Below, piece after piece: positions 9,568-19,963 of a stretch of DNA of 64,000 nucleotides. Source of the DNA: Thecamonas trahens ATCC 50062 (Eukaryota; Protista; Apusomonadida); contig NW_013657665.1 of assembly GCF_000142905.1 (NCBI RefSeq), positions 186,001-250,000 on the forward strand. The letters are read 5' to 3'. Every line of letters begins with the position of its first letter. Position 1 is the stretch's first letter. The notes beneath the pieces were generated by a model. It was given only the letters and a program-made list of their open reading frames with translations. It ran no database searches and had not been told where the DNA came from. The position numbers and the translations under genes are program-made.

Positions 9568-11863
9568 ATGAGCAGCCCTCCGCCACCACGGCCACCCAAA
9601 CCCATGGCTGTCACTGCCCTTCTCGGCTCGTCTGTCCGTGCACGATCTGACTCGGCTCCTGTCGCCCATCTACCGCCTGCACCTACTGCAGCTCACCCGC
9701 TCACGGGCCTAGATGCGCCCGGAAGCCATCCGATCACGGCGCCCCGGCCTGTGCCTGGCGCACGCCCTGTGCCCGGTGCGCGACCAGTGCCTGGCAGCCG
9801 GCCGGATGCTGGTCTGCCCTCGCCGGGAGGAGCAAGTACGGCGGAAAGCGACCCGATTGCCATCCCGTCGCACGGCTCGTTGTACGGGGCGACTGGAGCG
9901 TGCGAAAGCCGGAGCGAGATCGCGAGCAGACTGGCGAGGTCGCCGCCGCCGCAGCGGGTGCGGTCGCTGCGGCCGCAGCTGCCGCCGCGACCCGATGCGA
10001 TGAAGGGGGCCAAGCGGCGGTCGCGATCGTCGTCGCTGCCGGCGCTCATGCTTGCCAAGCAAATGGAAGAGGCACGAGCCGGGGCTGGCGGGCCGTCGCC
10101 GTTGCTGCGGGCGGCGATGGGTGGACTGCCAGACTCGTCGCTTCCGGACAACTTTACGCTGCGGCACCTGGGCGTGCAGCCGCGGCTGACGGCCGAGGAC
10201 CAACCGGACATCGACCCAATTGAGGTGGTATTTGGTGAGCGGCCGATTGAGGGCGTGCTGTTCCAGCACTCGACAGGCATCAAGACGTGGAAAAAGCGGT
10301 TTGTGCGGCTCAAGGCTTCGCTGCTCCAGGTGTTTGACAAGGAGGGCGCGTCCAAGGCGCGGAGCGTGGTCGACGCCGCAGAGTTTTTGTCAAGCCCGAG
10401 GTGCAAGGCAAGTTCTCGCGCGACTCGGTCTTTACGCTCGCCACCACGTCGGAGCAGCACACATTTGCGGCGTCGACCGACATTGTGCGCGACGCGTGGG
10501 TCGCGGCCATTGCGCGGGTCTCTCGCAACTCGGCCTTTGACCGCTCACCGAGAGGAACAGGCGGACTGGGTGCAGGTACACTGGGCAGTTTGCCGGGCGC
10601 ATCGCGATCGCTTTCGGCGCTCCCGGTCGAGGCTAGCAGCAGCGGCGTGTCTCCACAAGCGCCGAGCTCGCCGGCGGGCGAGAGCGTATGCTCTCCTGCG
10701 GCTTCGCCGCGGACGCAAGGTGCGACTACCGGGGACTCTTCGAACGACGGTGACGGAGTTGCGAGTGGCGAAGCGGCTTCCGGCGAGGAAGAGCTCGCGA
10801 ATGCCGAGCTGGAGGCCGTGGTGCGGAGACTGATCTCTCTCACGAGCTCCGAGGCAGCGTACATCGGAAATCTCAACGCGATGATTGAGGTGTGGTTCAA
10901 GCCACTGAAGGCGACGCCGTTTCCCATTGTCACCCCGGAGCAGTTTCAGATCATGCTCTCGTGCGTGGATGTGATTGCGAACAAGTCGTCCAAGCTTGTG
11001 GCGGCGCTGGAGGCTGCAGCGGCCGATGCTGGGCTTCCTACCGACGCCGGAGCTGAGATTTCCAGCGACCGCGAGCAGCAGGAGGCATACGTCAAGGCGG
11101 CGCTGGGGCTATGGGAGGAGTACGCTTCGGCGAGCGGCCCGCAATCTCTCATTGTGCTGTATTCCAAGTACTGCATCGACCACATTCCGCTAGAGCAATG
11201 CTGGCCGAGCTAGAGGAGGACTCGATGATTTTCAAGGGCTTTATGATGGACGCACACACACACGAGCTCTGTCGGGGGATGGAGTTTTCCGAGTTGAGCC
11301 GATTCCCGCCGCGGCGGATCCGCGAGTATCCGCTGCTGCTGCGTGACGTGCTGGGGCTGGCCAAGACGAGCGGTACTGCGGCGCGGCTGCGGGCGCTGTG
11401 TGACCGGCTGCAGTACGTGTCTGCCGAGGTTCAGCGGAACGAAGCATCGGGAACACGGGCGACGCAGATCCGGTCTGCACTGACCTTTGCCAATCCACTG
11501 GACAACTTGTTGACGGACGCATCGCTGTTTGTAGTGGACGTGGACGTCAAGATCGCCGTGAACGACGGGGCCAAGTTTTCCGACGGTGCCGTGGTTGTCT
11601 TTACCGACGCCATTTTTGTATGCCTGTCAAAGCGAAAGAAGGACGGCGAGCTGGTGTGCGACGAGGCGTGTGCGGTGGCGACGTCGCGGGTGTCTGAGCT
11701 CCCGCCACGCGGCAAGGCGAAGCATCTCGTGGCGATTGCCAACAACCTGACGCAGACAACGTACATTCTGTCTGCGGGCTCGTTTGCGGACCACAGCGCG
11801 CTGCTGCGGGCGCTCAAGGAGACGATGGAGGCAAGCGCGGCCGGCCCGTCCAAGAGCGAGTGA
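9568..11863 (+). CDS. PH-DH-PH Rho guanine nucleotide exchange factor-like protein (frameshifts near 10386 and 11185)
   Basis: Pro-rich N-terminus; PH domain (IEGVLFQ..GIKTWKKRFVRL...FAASTDIVRDAWVAAI); DH domain (LTSSEAAYIGNL...LYSKYC...FPPRRIREYPLLLRDVL); trailing PH-like region. Three overlapping ORFs join by adding one base at each of two T-runs. Confidence 0.8.
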
Positions 11864-11882
11864 GCTCGGGCGCGGGCCGGCG

Positions 11883-13438
11883 CTACTCGAGAGAATGCCA
11901 GAGGTAAACGTTGCCGTCGGCATCCGAGGTTGCGGCCTGGACATGGGCGCGGGCGCGGTCGGGCGAGGTGTTGAGAGCGAGGCGGAGGAAAGAGGCGGCA
12001 AAGTCGTCGCTGTCGCGCGGCGCCATGCTCATGCGGAGGGCGGCGTCCGGGTCGTCGAGATCGTACATGAGGAGTGAGCCGTTGGCCGACGGCACAACGC
12101 AGAGACCAAGCTCCGAGTCGAGTGCAAAGTTGGTCGATGCGAGGGCACCGTCGACGACCGGGAGTACAGCGTCGGCAATGGTACGCGGGATGACGGGCGA
12201 GGCCGCGTCGTCGGTATCGACACGTTCGGCCTCGTCGACCTCGTCGCCGAGGAGGGACCAGACGTGGACAAGGGCGTCGCGGCCAGACGAGACAACATAC
12301 CCGCCTGCGGTGTCGAGTGAAACGCAGTCGACATAGTCGGCGTGGGCAGCGGCGGCTTCGAAGAGCGGCAGGTGCGGCATGCGGAGGTCGTAGACGTGGA
12401 CGCCGCGGTAGCCGCCAAGGGCAAGGGTGCGGCCGTCAGGCGAGAGGTCGATGGCCCGGACGAGGTCCCACGCGGGCTCTGCGCCGGCGAGGCCGTCAGC
12501 TTCGGGCGCGATGGCGGCGACCGGATTGGCCTCCCGCCAGTCCCAAACCAGCCCGCCACCAACAGTGCCGGCCGAGGCAAAGCCGACATGCGAGGTGGCG
12601 AGCGCGTAGGTGGCCATTGGCGCATCGGCGCCGACGGCGTCCACCACTGCGCGCGAAAGCTCGTACGTCGCAACCAGGCTCCCAATCTCCATGTCGAAGA
12701 GCGAGAGCGCGCCGCCAGCGGCGTAGCCGGTGAGAATGGCGTTGTCATCGCCGACGAGGGTGGCGGCTGAGAGGCCGTCGAGCGGGCCAAACTCGGCACG
12801 GAGGCGCGGTGCGCCGCGGCTTGAAACATCCCACATGGCGAGCGTCCCGTCGAGCGCCGCGGTCATGAGCAGGAGCGGCGAGGTTGCCGCGCGGGAGTAG
12901 AGGTCGAGCGCAATGATGGTGTCGTCAGCGGCAGCAAAGGCAAACGACGGGACCCAGGCCGGGAGGGCGAGGGCGGCGTAGTCGGCCTCGGCCTCAGTCG
13001 CAGCCTCGTCGTTGGCGGCAGCAAGGGTAGCTGCGGCGTAGTCGGCCTCAGACTGACCGAGCTCCCAGGCGGCAGACTCGTACGCGGCCCCGACTTGAAC
13101 AGCGGCGAGTTGGCGCCAAAAGCCAATGACTGATTGGCGCCAAAAACGAGCGAGTCGTCGGGCACGTCCTCGTCGTACAGCGACGAGTACGTCGAGCTTG
13201 CGTCGTCAATGGCGTAGTAGACCGAGGTGTGTGCGGCGGAAGGGGCGCGTGCAGCGACAGACGGTGTGTGTGCGGCGGCAGGCGAGGCCGAAGCCGCGGC
13301 CGTGTGCGCGCCGGGTGACGGCGAGGGCGAGAAAGCGACGGTGAAGGCCGACGGCTCCGGTGAGAACTTGTGCTTCGAGTCCAGCGGGAACTGCACCTCT
13401 GGCACGGCGGCATCATAATAAGAGGTAGCCATTGCCAT
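11883..13438 (-). CDS. WD40-repeat protein (frameshift near 13090)
   Basis: WD motifs TAALDGTLAMWD, VRAIDLSPDGRTLALG, AHADYVDCV...SSGRDALVHVW and ATSDADGNVYLW. ORF 12863..13447 joins the WD frame if one G is added to tcggggccg on the minus strand. Confidence 0.8.
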
Positions 13439-14004
13439 CAGGGGCAAAGTGAGAGTGTGTGAAGGATGGATGGCGAGGAGTGTAGCCGTGTGTGTGTGTG
13501 TGTAGGAAGGGGGGGGGGGTGCGTGTTGGGGAAATAATCAATGACCAGTGGTGAACAGGTAGGAAGCAGCATAGCAGAAAGGCAGCAAGGAGCTGATCAA
13601 ATCCATGTTCGTGGTGATGAGGATTGGGTAGAAACCAACGGCTTGCGAGGCGAATTTTGTCAGGCAAAAAGGAGGAGGTGAGGGAGGAAACGAGGGGGGG
13701 GGAGAGGCGAAGCAGGCACTTTGTAGCCTTCCTCACCAACCTTACTCGGGGCACACTCGACGTGACCAAGGCCTTTCCCATCCCCCACCGCTTGCCACTA
13801 CCCACCATCCAACCTTCCTCTCACTCCTTCGTACCATTCAAAGTCTTCTCAAAGTCCTCTCGTACCCCCTTGTCGTCACCACCCCCGTCACCCCCGCCAC
13901 GTGTTGGTGTTCTTCCGAACGCGCCAAACGGACAGCGTTTGAGTCGGACACGGTTGGTGATCGTGGAAGCGAGCAAGGCAGTCAAGGCGAAGCAGGCAAG
14001 AGGC

Positions 14005-14022
14005 AGAGAGAGAGAGAGAGAG
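14005..14022. repeat. (AG)9 microsatellite
   Basis: agagagagagagagagag just upstream of the 14032 ATG. Confidence 0.9.
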
Positions 14023-14031
14023 TAGCTGGAC

Positions 14032-15311
14032 ATGTCGCGCAAGTCGTGGGACGCTGTTGAGGCGTATTTGCTTGACGCTGTGGCGGTGCTCGAAGCCAAG
14101 GTCGCACCCGAGGTCCTGGCGCGCATCTCAAAGGACCGACGCGGCTCGTCGGCGTCGACCTTGTCATCAAGTTCGAGCTCGGGCGACTTTTTGTCTGCCG
14201 AGAACGGTGGTGAGGCTGCGTCGCCCAAGGTTGCGCTCGCCAAGCGGGTGCTGGACCTCGCCAACGCGATCGAGGGCCAGGAGATTGCGCAGCTGTACAT
14301 GTTGCAGCTGGAGCAGGCACAGGCGTCGTACGAGGCCAAGCTAGAAGGGCTGACTCGCGAGATCCGCGCAATCGAGGCGCGGGCGGCTGCCGACGGCGTC
14401 GGGGCCAGCAGCGGCAGCGGGGTGGCAGGACCCGGCAGTGGCGGCGAGGCGCAGGCGTTGGTGGCAGCCAACGCGGCACTCGAGGCCAAGGTCCGCGAGC
14501 TGGACGAAGCCAAGCGCGAAGCCGAGGTGTGGCAGCCGGCGAATCTGGCGTCGTCGATCGGAGGCTACGTGTGGAACGCAACGGTCAAGGCGTTCGAGGT
14601 TGTGTCGTCGGCGACCCACCACCTCACACACAACCGCCGCTCGCGGCCCGGGGTGTACTCGGCGCTCGAGTCGGAGCAGATGCGGACGATACACGAGTAC
14701 TACAAGCGGTACATTGCGCCGACGCTTCCGGAGCTGCTCGAGGTGACCGGTCCGGACTATGCATCGTCGGCGACGGCGTCGCCGCCCAAGCCGCGCACCT
14801 TTCACCTTCGTTCGTGGCAGCACAAGCTCGGCGACGGCTTCCTCCGTCCGCTGGCCAGGAGGCACTCGCGCACGTCTGCTCGTACCAGGTCGAGCGTCAC
14901 GCCCGCATCGCCGGCGCCGGTTATCCCGACGACCCGACAAACTTGCTCCTCACCGAGCTCAAGACCTGGCTGGTGGCTGAGCTCTCGGTCGCGCCGCGCG
15001 ACTCGCCGACCGCCGTCGACTCGCTCCGTAACCGTATCAAATTTCTCCGCGATCTCGTCAACGCGTCGATCTTCCCAGTTGGCACCACGTCGTCGATCCA
15101 CCTCGTCACTGTCCTCAACTACGTCCTCTCGCTCCTCACAGAGGCGCACGCCGCGTTTGCGCCCGAGGCCCTCGAACGGGCCACGGTCGCCATCACCTTT
15201 TCTTCCCCGCCGACGCCGCCCTCGTCCGATGACGATGGCAGTGCCCCTCGGCGCCCCTCGCTCTCGGCCGCGAGAAGATCTTCCGTGTCGTCGTCGACCT
15301 CGCGCGAGTAG
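14032..15311 (+). CDS. Hypothetical coiled-coil protein (frameshift near 14841)
   Basis: Heptad-like helical N-half (QLEQAQASYEAKLEGLTREI; NAALEAKVRELDEAK). Protein-like sequence continues in the 14529..15311 frame (PPSAGQEALAHV...LLTELKTWL...) after adding one C at ttc^ctccg. Confidence 0.7.
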
Positions 15312-15657
15312 GCTGTTCTGTGCCACTCGCGTTCGTTTGCCTGTCGGCTTGAGTGGCAAGTAGCCAGCAAGCCGCGAACACACGTCGGAGCTGCCAGGAG
15401 AATGTCCGCGTCAGGCACAGGCCATGGCAATCGCACTCCGCCATAAAGCCCCCACGTCTGCTGCAAGCCGGGTACACACAAGTTGAGGCGGGTTCCTGAC
15501 CCGGGCGGACCGGACCGTGACACGTACGCACCTCCAGGTCCATCTGGTCACGTGATCGAGCCGATTCGGCTATGTTGACAGCGGTTTATGACCATTTTGC
15601 GGGAAATGTTAGACCTTCATTGATAAGCCACACTCCCCTCCTCCCCGCACCACCACC

Positions 15658-17974
15658 ATGGGATCCTGTGCCTCGACGCGAAAGCGGTCGAGTGTGGGGC
15701 CTTTGACAGCCAGCGTGGTCTTCTCACGGGAGCGAGGCTCAACCTTTCTCCCTGTAACATGTACGTTGGTCTTGGAGGTCAATGCCTGTCATGGGGCTTG
15801 TTTGAATCCGTCTTCCGCAGCCCGCCCCACGTTGACCAACGTCAGCCTTCTGTCTTTCGGCGGTGGTGGAGTCGGTGGTGTAGCAGCTACGGCTAGTGTG
15901 GGCCAAGATTGTTCCCCAACATACACCTACACGCATTGGTTTCCAGCCAGCAAGCATGTCTTGTCATCCTTGCCGTGTTATGTGGTAGAATGGCGTGTGG
16001 CGGCGGAGGTGGCGGCGTTACAACCCGGCTCGTTGGCAAGGCTGTGGTCAGGCGTGCGGCCATTTTCCCGCACCCTGCGGCGAGATATTTGAGGCCGTTG
16101 ACTGTATCAGTAGCTGCCATACGAGTTTGACTACGTCACACCAACTGGCCGAAACACTCACATGAGCAATGTCGATGACCTTATTTTTGCCGGTAATAGC
16201 TCGCAATGTGTGGCCGGAGACCGGAGGATTCAGGCCGGAAGGCCGTCGGCGGAAGTTGTTTGTTACCAGGGTCAAGCAGTACAACTCGGATGTGGTTTGG
16301 TTCGAGGTGAGCCGGTCGTCGTCGATGTTGGGATCGGGCGATTCGTCGCTTGACTCTGGCGGCTCGAGCGTCTCGCGCAACTCGCGCGGCTCACGGCGAC
16401 GGGCGGTTCTGAGCGAAAACGACTTGACTGTTCCCTCGACATGGTTTGTTACCGTGCATGTGAACATTGACGGCGGGCGCGAGCTGATCCGGACGGCGAC
16501 GCCGATCTCGTCCGGGCCAAACCATATGACCTTTCTCATGCGGATCTTCCCCAACACCGAGATCGGCCGCTTCCTCAGCAATTTGCAGGTGGCGGACGAG
16601 GTCAGCGTCTACGGCCCGCTCCCATCGCGGGTGGCGTTCAGCGCCAATGACGGCATTGCGTCGCTAGTCACCTCGGCACGGGTCTCGCAGTCGGATCTGG
16701 CGCAGAGTGAGCAGGTCAACTTGAAGTGCTCGTCAGTGGTGCTTCTCGCACAGGGCACGGGCATCACCACCTTTGTGCAGCTCATCGAGCGGTCGCTGAT
16801 GGCGACGTCGTCCAACGTGGTGATCCGGCTGGTGCATGTGGTCAAGACTGAAGCCGACTTTTTGCTCCAGCGCGAGCTGCGAATGCTTGCAGCGCAGGTG
16901 CCCGGCCGTCTGGTTGTGGTGCGTGTTGCTGAGCGGCTGGCCATGCCGATGCCTCGGGTAGTGGTGGGCAAGTTTGACGAGGACATGCTCGCGCGGGTCA
17001 TCGAGCTCCCGCTCTCGAGCAATACGCTGGTCCTTGTCTCGGGCTCGCGGCGGTTCAACATGGAGTGCGGTCTGTGGCTGGCACGTTCGGGCGTTGCCTC
17101 TGACCGGGTCAGCCTCATCCCAGACTCTGAGCCGCTGATGTCGTTTGACAACTCGGTGCCGTCGGCGGATGCGCTCGTTGCCGCCGTTGCCGAGCAGGAC
17201 TTGCCGCCGGCGCCCGCCAAGCCCAAGGAGGATCCCAGACCAGAGTGCTCCGCAGCTCCATCGCTTCCGATTATTTCCGCCTCAATGGTTGCGGCTCGCC
17301 AGGATTGGATTGTTGTCGACGGCTTTGTCATCGACATGGCTACCTTTAAGGACCGTCACCCGGGCGGACTGGAGACTTCCGGCAAGCGCGACGCGTCGGC
17401 CATGTTTCTCAACACATCGTCCGAGGCGCACAGCGAGCTGCTGAAGCTCGCGGTGGGCATTCTTGACGACGACGATGGTGCATCGGACATCCTTGCCGCC
17501 ACAGTGACGACGCTTGACCCGCTCAAGTCGTCAAACTCTGTTGTTGAGCGCGGCTCGGAGAGAAGCGGTTCTTCGCTCAATTCATCGCGGGCACTTTCGG
17601 TCGACCTTGTTGTCCGGGTCGACGCCTTTAACCCTTCGCCTGCAGAGCTGCAACTCATCAACACCTCGCCCGCCGTCGAGCAACTGACGCCGGTCATCCG
17701 CACCCACCAGGCGACAAACTCGTCGTCGTCCTTTTCGCTCTTTGACTCGTCGTCGGAGCAGCGAGAGTATGCCACCACCCCCGACTCGGTCTACGTCGCC
17801 GCAGTGGCGACGACCCGCTCGTTTGGCCATGTATCATCAAGCGCAGTCGACATGCAATCGTCGTCAACAACGGCATCTTCTTCATCCTCCTCGTTTTCGT
17901 CGTCGTACTCGACGTCATCGCGCCGGGGCTCACTCCCACGGTCAGGCAGCAACGACGATCCGTCCGCTATGTGA
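15658..17974 (+). CDS. Cytochrome-b5-reductase-like FAD/NAD-binding protein with C-terminal cytochrome b5-like domain; 5' structure uncertain
   Basis: RTATPIS, FLMRIFP..EIGRFL..LQV.DEV.VYGP, LLAQGTGITTFVQL and VLVSGS (FNR family); WIVVDGFVIDM..FKDRHPGG (b5). The MGSCAS ORF at 15658 could join via a 60-nt GTGCGG..TAG intron (16054..16113) plus a frameshift near 16185. The core 16169..17974 is secure; the 5' join is inferred. Confidence 0.72.
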
Positions 17975-18187
17975 CTGCGCCCAGCTGATTCGGGGAGCTT
18001 CTCTTGGCAGGCCGAGACTGTGGCTAATGCTGCGGTTTGTAGATTAATACTTACTGATGTGTCTGCAGTCCTACACCGAAGGCGTGATGGCGTGACTTCG
18101 AAATGGCGTGGAGGCGTGACGGCCCACCGGCTGTCGGGCCAGACCAACTCTCTCGCTCCCCCTTTGTCCCCCTCTCGCCCCGCTGCC

Positions 18188-19789
18188 ATGTCTGACAGCC
18201 CCCCACGTACAAGGGCGGCAGAGACAGAAAGCCCAGACCTCATTCCGACGACCCCTCCACCACCTCGTGCATGGGCTATGCTTCCGCGGATGGTGGCACT
18301 CGCGTGGCCGGTCGTCCTTGCCTACCTGCTGGAGATGATGATTCCGGTGACGGCACTGGCTGTGCTGGGCCATCTGGACTCGACCGAGGTGCTTGCCGGC
18401 GCTGCATTGGGCACCATGTTTGTCAATGTGACTGGTATGTCGCTTGGCTTTGGTCTCGCTACTGCTCTTGATACTCTCTGTTCGCAGGCTGTTGGGGCGA
18501 GGAAGCTCGCCCTCGTCGGCGTCCTCGCCCAGCGCGGCGCACTCGTCCTCATGGCCTTTGCTGCTGTCGTCATCTTGGGACTCTGGATCCACGCGGAGCG
18601 AATTCTCCTGGCACTGGGCCAAGGCGCGCCGCAGGCTGCTGTTGCTGGGCGATACATCCGGTATCTCATTCCATCGCTACCGGCGCTGCTGCTGGTAGAG
18701 GTGCTCAAGAAGGTCTGCTTTGCCCTGCAGATTGTCCGCCCGCAGATGGTCATCATGCTCTGCGTTAACGTGCTCAATGTGAGCGCGCAGGTTGTGGCCA
18801 TCCATGTGCTCAAGATGCCGTACATTGCGGTGCCGATCATTATTTCGGTGACAAGCGTGGTGACGCTTGTGGCGCTGGGTGGATACCTCGCGGGCTCGGG
18901 TCATGTTGCGGCGATCTGGACCGGTTGGTCGAGCGAGGCCTTCCGCGACTGGGCGCCTTTTCTCCGGCTCGGCGTCCCGGGCCTTGCCATGCTCTGCCTC
19001 GAGTGGTGGGCGTTTGAGGTGCTTGCGCTCGAGGCCGGGCGGCTGTCGACGGCGGATCTTGCGGCTCAGGTCGTGGTCCTCAACATCGCCTCGCTTGCGT
19101 TCATGGTTCCGCTTGGTCAGTCGGTAGCGGTCTCGACGCTAGTGGGCAACTTTCTGGGCGCGGCGCAGCCTGGGCATGCCAAGCGCGCGGCGTACGCGGC
19201 GATGGTGTGTGTGCTTGCGACTGCGGTAACCGTCGGCTCGCTGCTCATTGGGCTGAGGTACCAGCTTGCGCGGGCTTACACCCGCAACGAGCATGTGGTC
19301 CAGCTAGTGGCACGCTCGCTCGTGGTTGTCGGATTTTTCCAGCTCTGCGACGGGACGCAGGCTGTGTGTTCGGGTGTCATCCGGGGGACCGGGCGGCAAG
19401 CCATCGGCGCGCTGGCCAACTTTCTGGGCTACATTGTGGTCGGCCTCCCGCTTGGCGCACTCCTGACGTTCAAGGTCGGCCTTGGTATCGAGGGCTTGTG
19501 GCTCGGGATGACCATTGGTCTCCTCATCACTTCGTCGTTCTTTGCCTCGCTCGTTCTCCGGCAGGACTGGCAGCTGTGGTCGGAGGTTGCGGTGCGACGG
19601 TCGAATGAGGCCGCGGCGGGGCTTGCCGGTCCAGGCTCCGACAGGAGCGGAAGCGAACTGGCGACCGCGCCGCTGCTGATCAACAGCGACGGGCGCGCGC
19701 GCGTGTCCGAGTCGGGCCCCGAGTCGCCGGCAGCGTTTGTCATCGACCTCGAGTTGCCAGACTCGATCGAGTCGGCCGAGTCGGTTTGA
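18188..19789 (+). CDS. MATE family multidrug/toxin efflux transporter
   Basis: GLATALDTLCSQAVGA, PGLAMLCLEWWAFEVL, VSTLVGNFLGA, DGTQAVCSGVIRGTGRQ and GIEGLWLG; about 12 TM helices. Start taken at MSDSPP. Confidence 0.95.
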   Translation: MSDSPPRTRAAETESPDLIPTTPPPPRAWAMLPRMVALAWPVVLAYLLEMMIPVTALAVLGHLDSTEVLAGAALGTMFVNVTGMSLGFGLATALDTLCSQAVGARKLALVGVLAQRGALVLMAFAAVVILGLWIHAERILLALGQGAPQAAVAGRYIRYLIPSLPALLLVEVLKKVCFALQIVRPQMVIMLCVNVLNVSAQVVAIHVLKMPYIAVPIIISVTSVVTLVALGGYLAGSGHVAAIWTGWSSEAFRDWAPFLRLGVPGLAMLCLEWWAFEVLALEAGRLSTADLAAQVVVLNIASLAFMVPLGQSVAVSTLVGNFLGAAQPGHAKRAAYAAMVCVLATAVTVGSLLIGLRYQLARAYTRNEHVVQLVARSLVVVGFFQLCDGTQAVCSGVIRGTGRQAIGALANFLGYIVVGLPLGALLTFKVGLGIEGLWLGMTIGLLITSSFFASLVLRQDWQLWSEVAVRRSNEAAAGLAGPGSDRSGSELATAPLLINSDGRARVSESGPESPAAFVIDLELPDSIESAESV

Positions 19790-19963
19790 CTCGTGCGCAG
19801 ACTATGCGGAAGACAACGAACAGGCTGCTTGCAGCACGCTGACGAGCGCAAGCGGCCTGGTGTGGTTTTTGGGCGAGACGGTGACCGCGACAATAAAGCT
19901 CTTTGGTAGCTCAAGCGCAGGCGACAGAGGTTACATCATTTAGCAAGGTGAGCCGAGGCGAGA

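Noticed and set aside
9568-15311. Calling the frameshifted genes pseudogenes
   Set aside because: No in-frame stops or decay, and lesions are confined to single bases in short runs, so sequencing error is more parsimonious.
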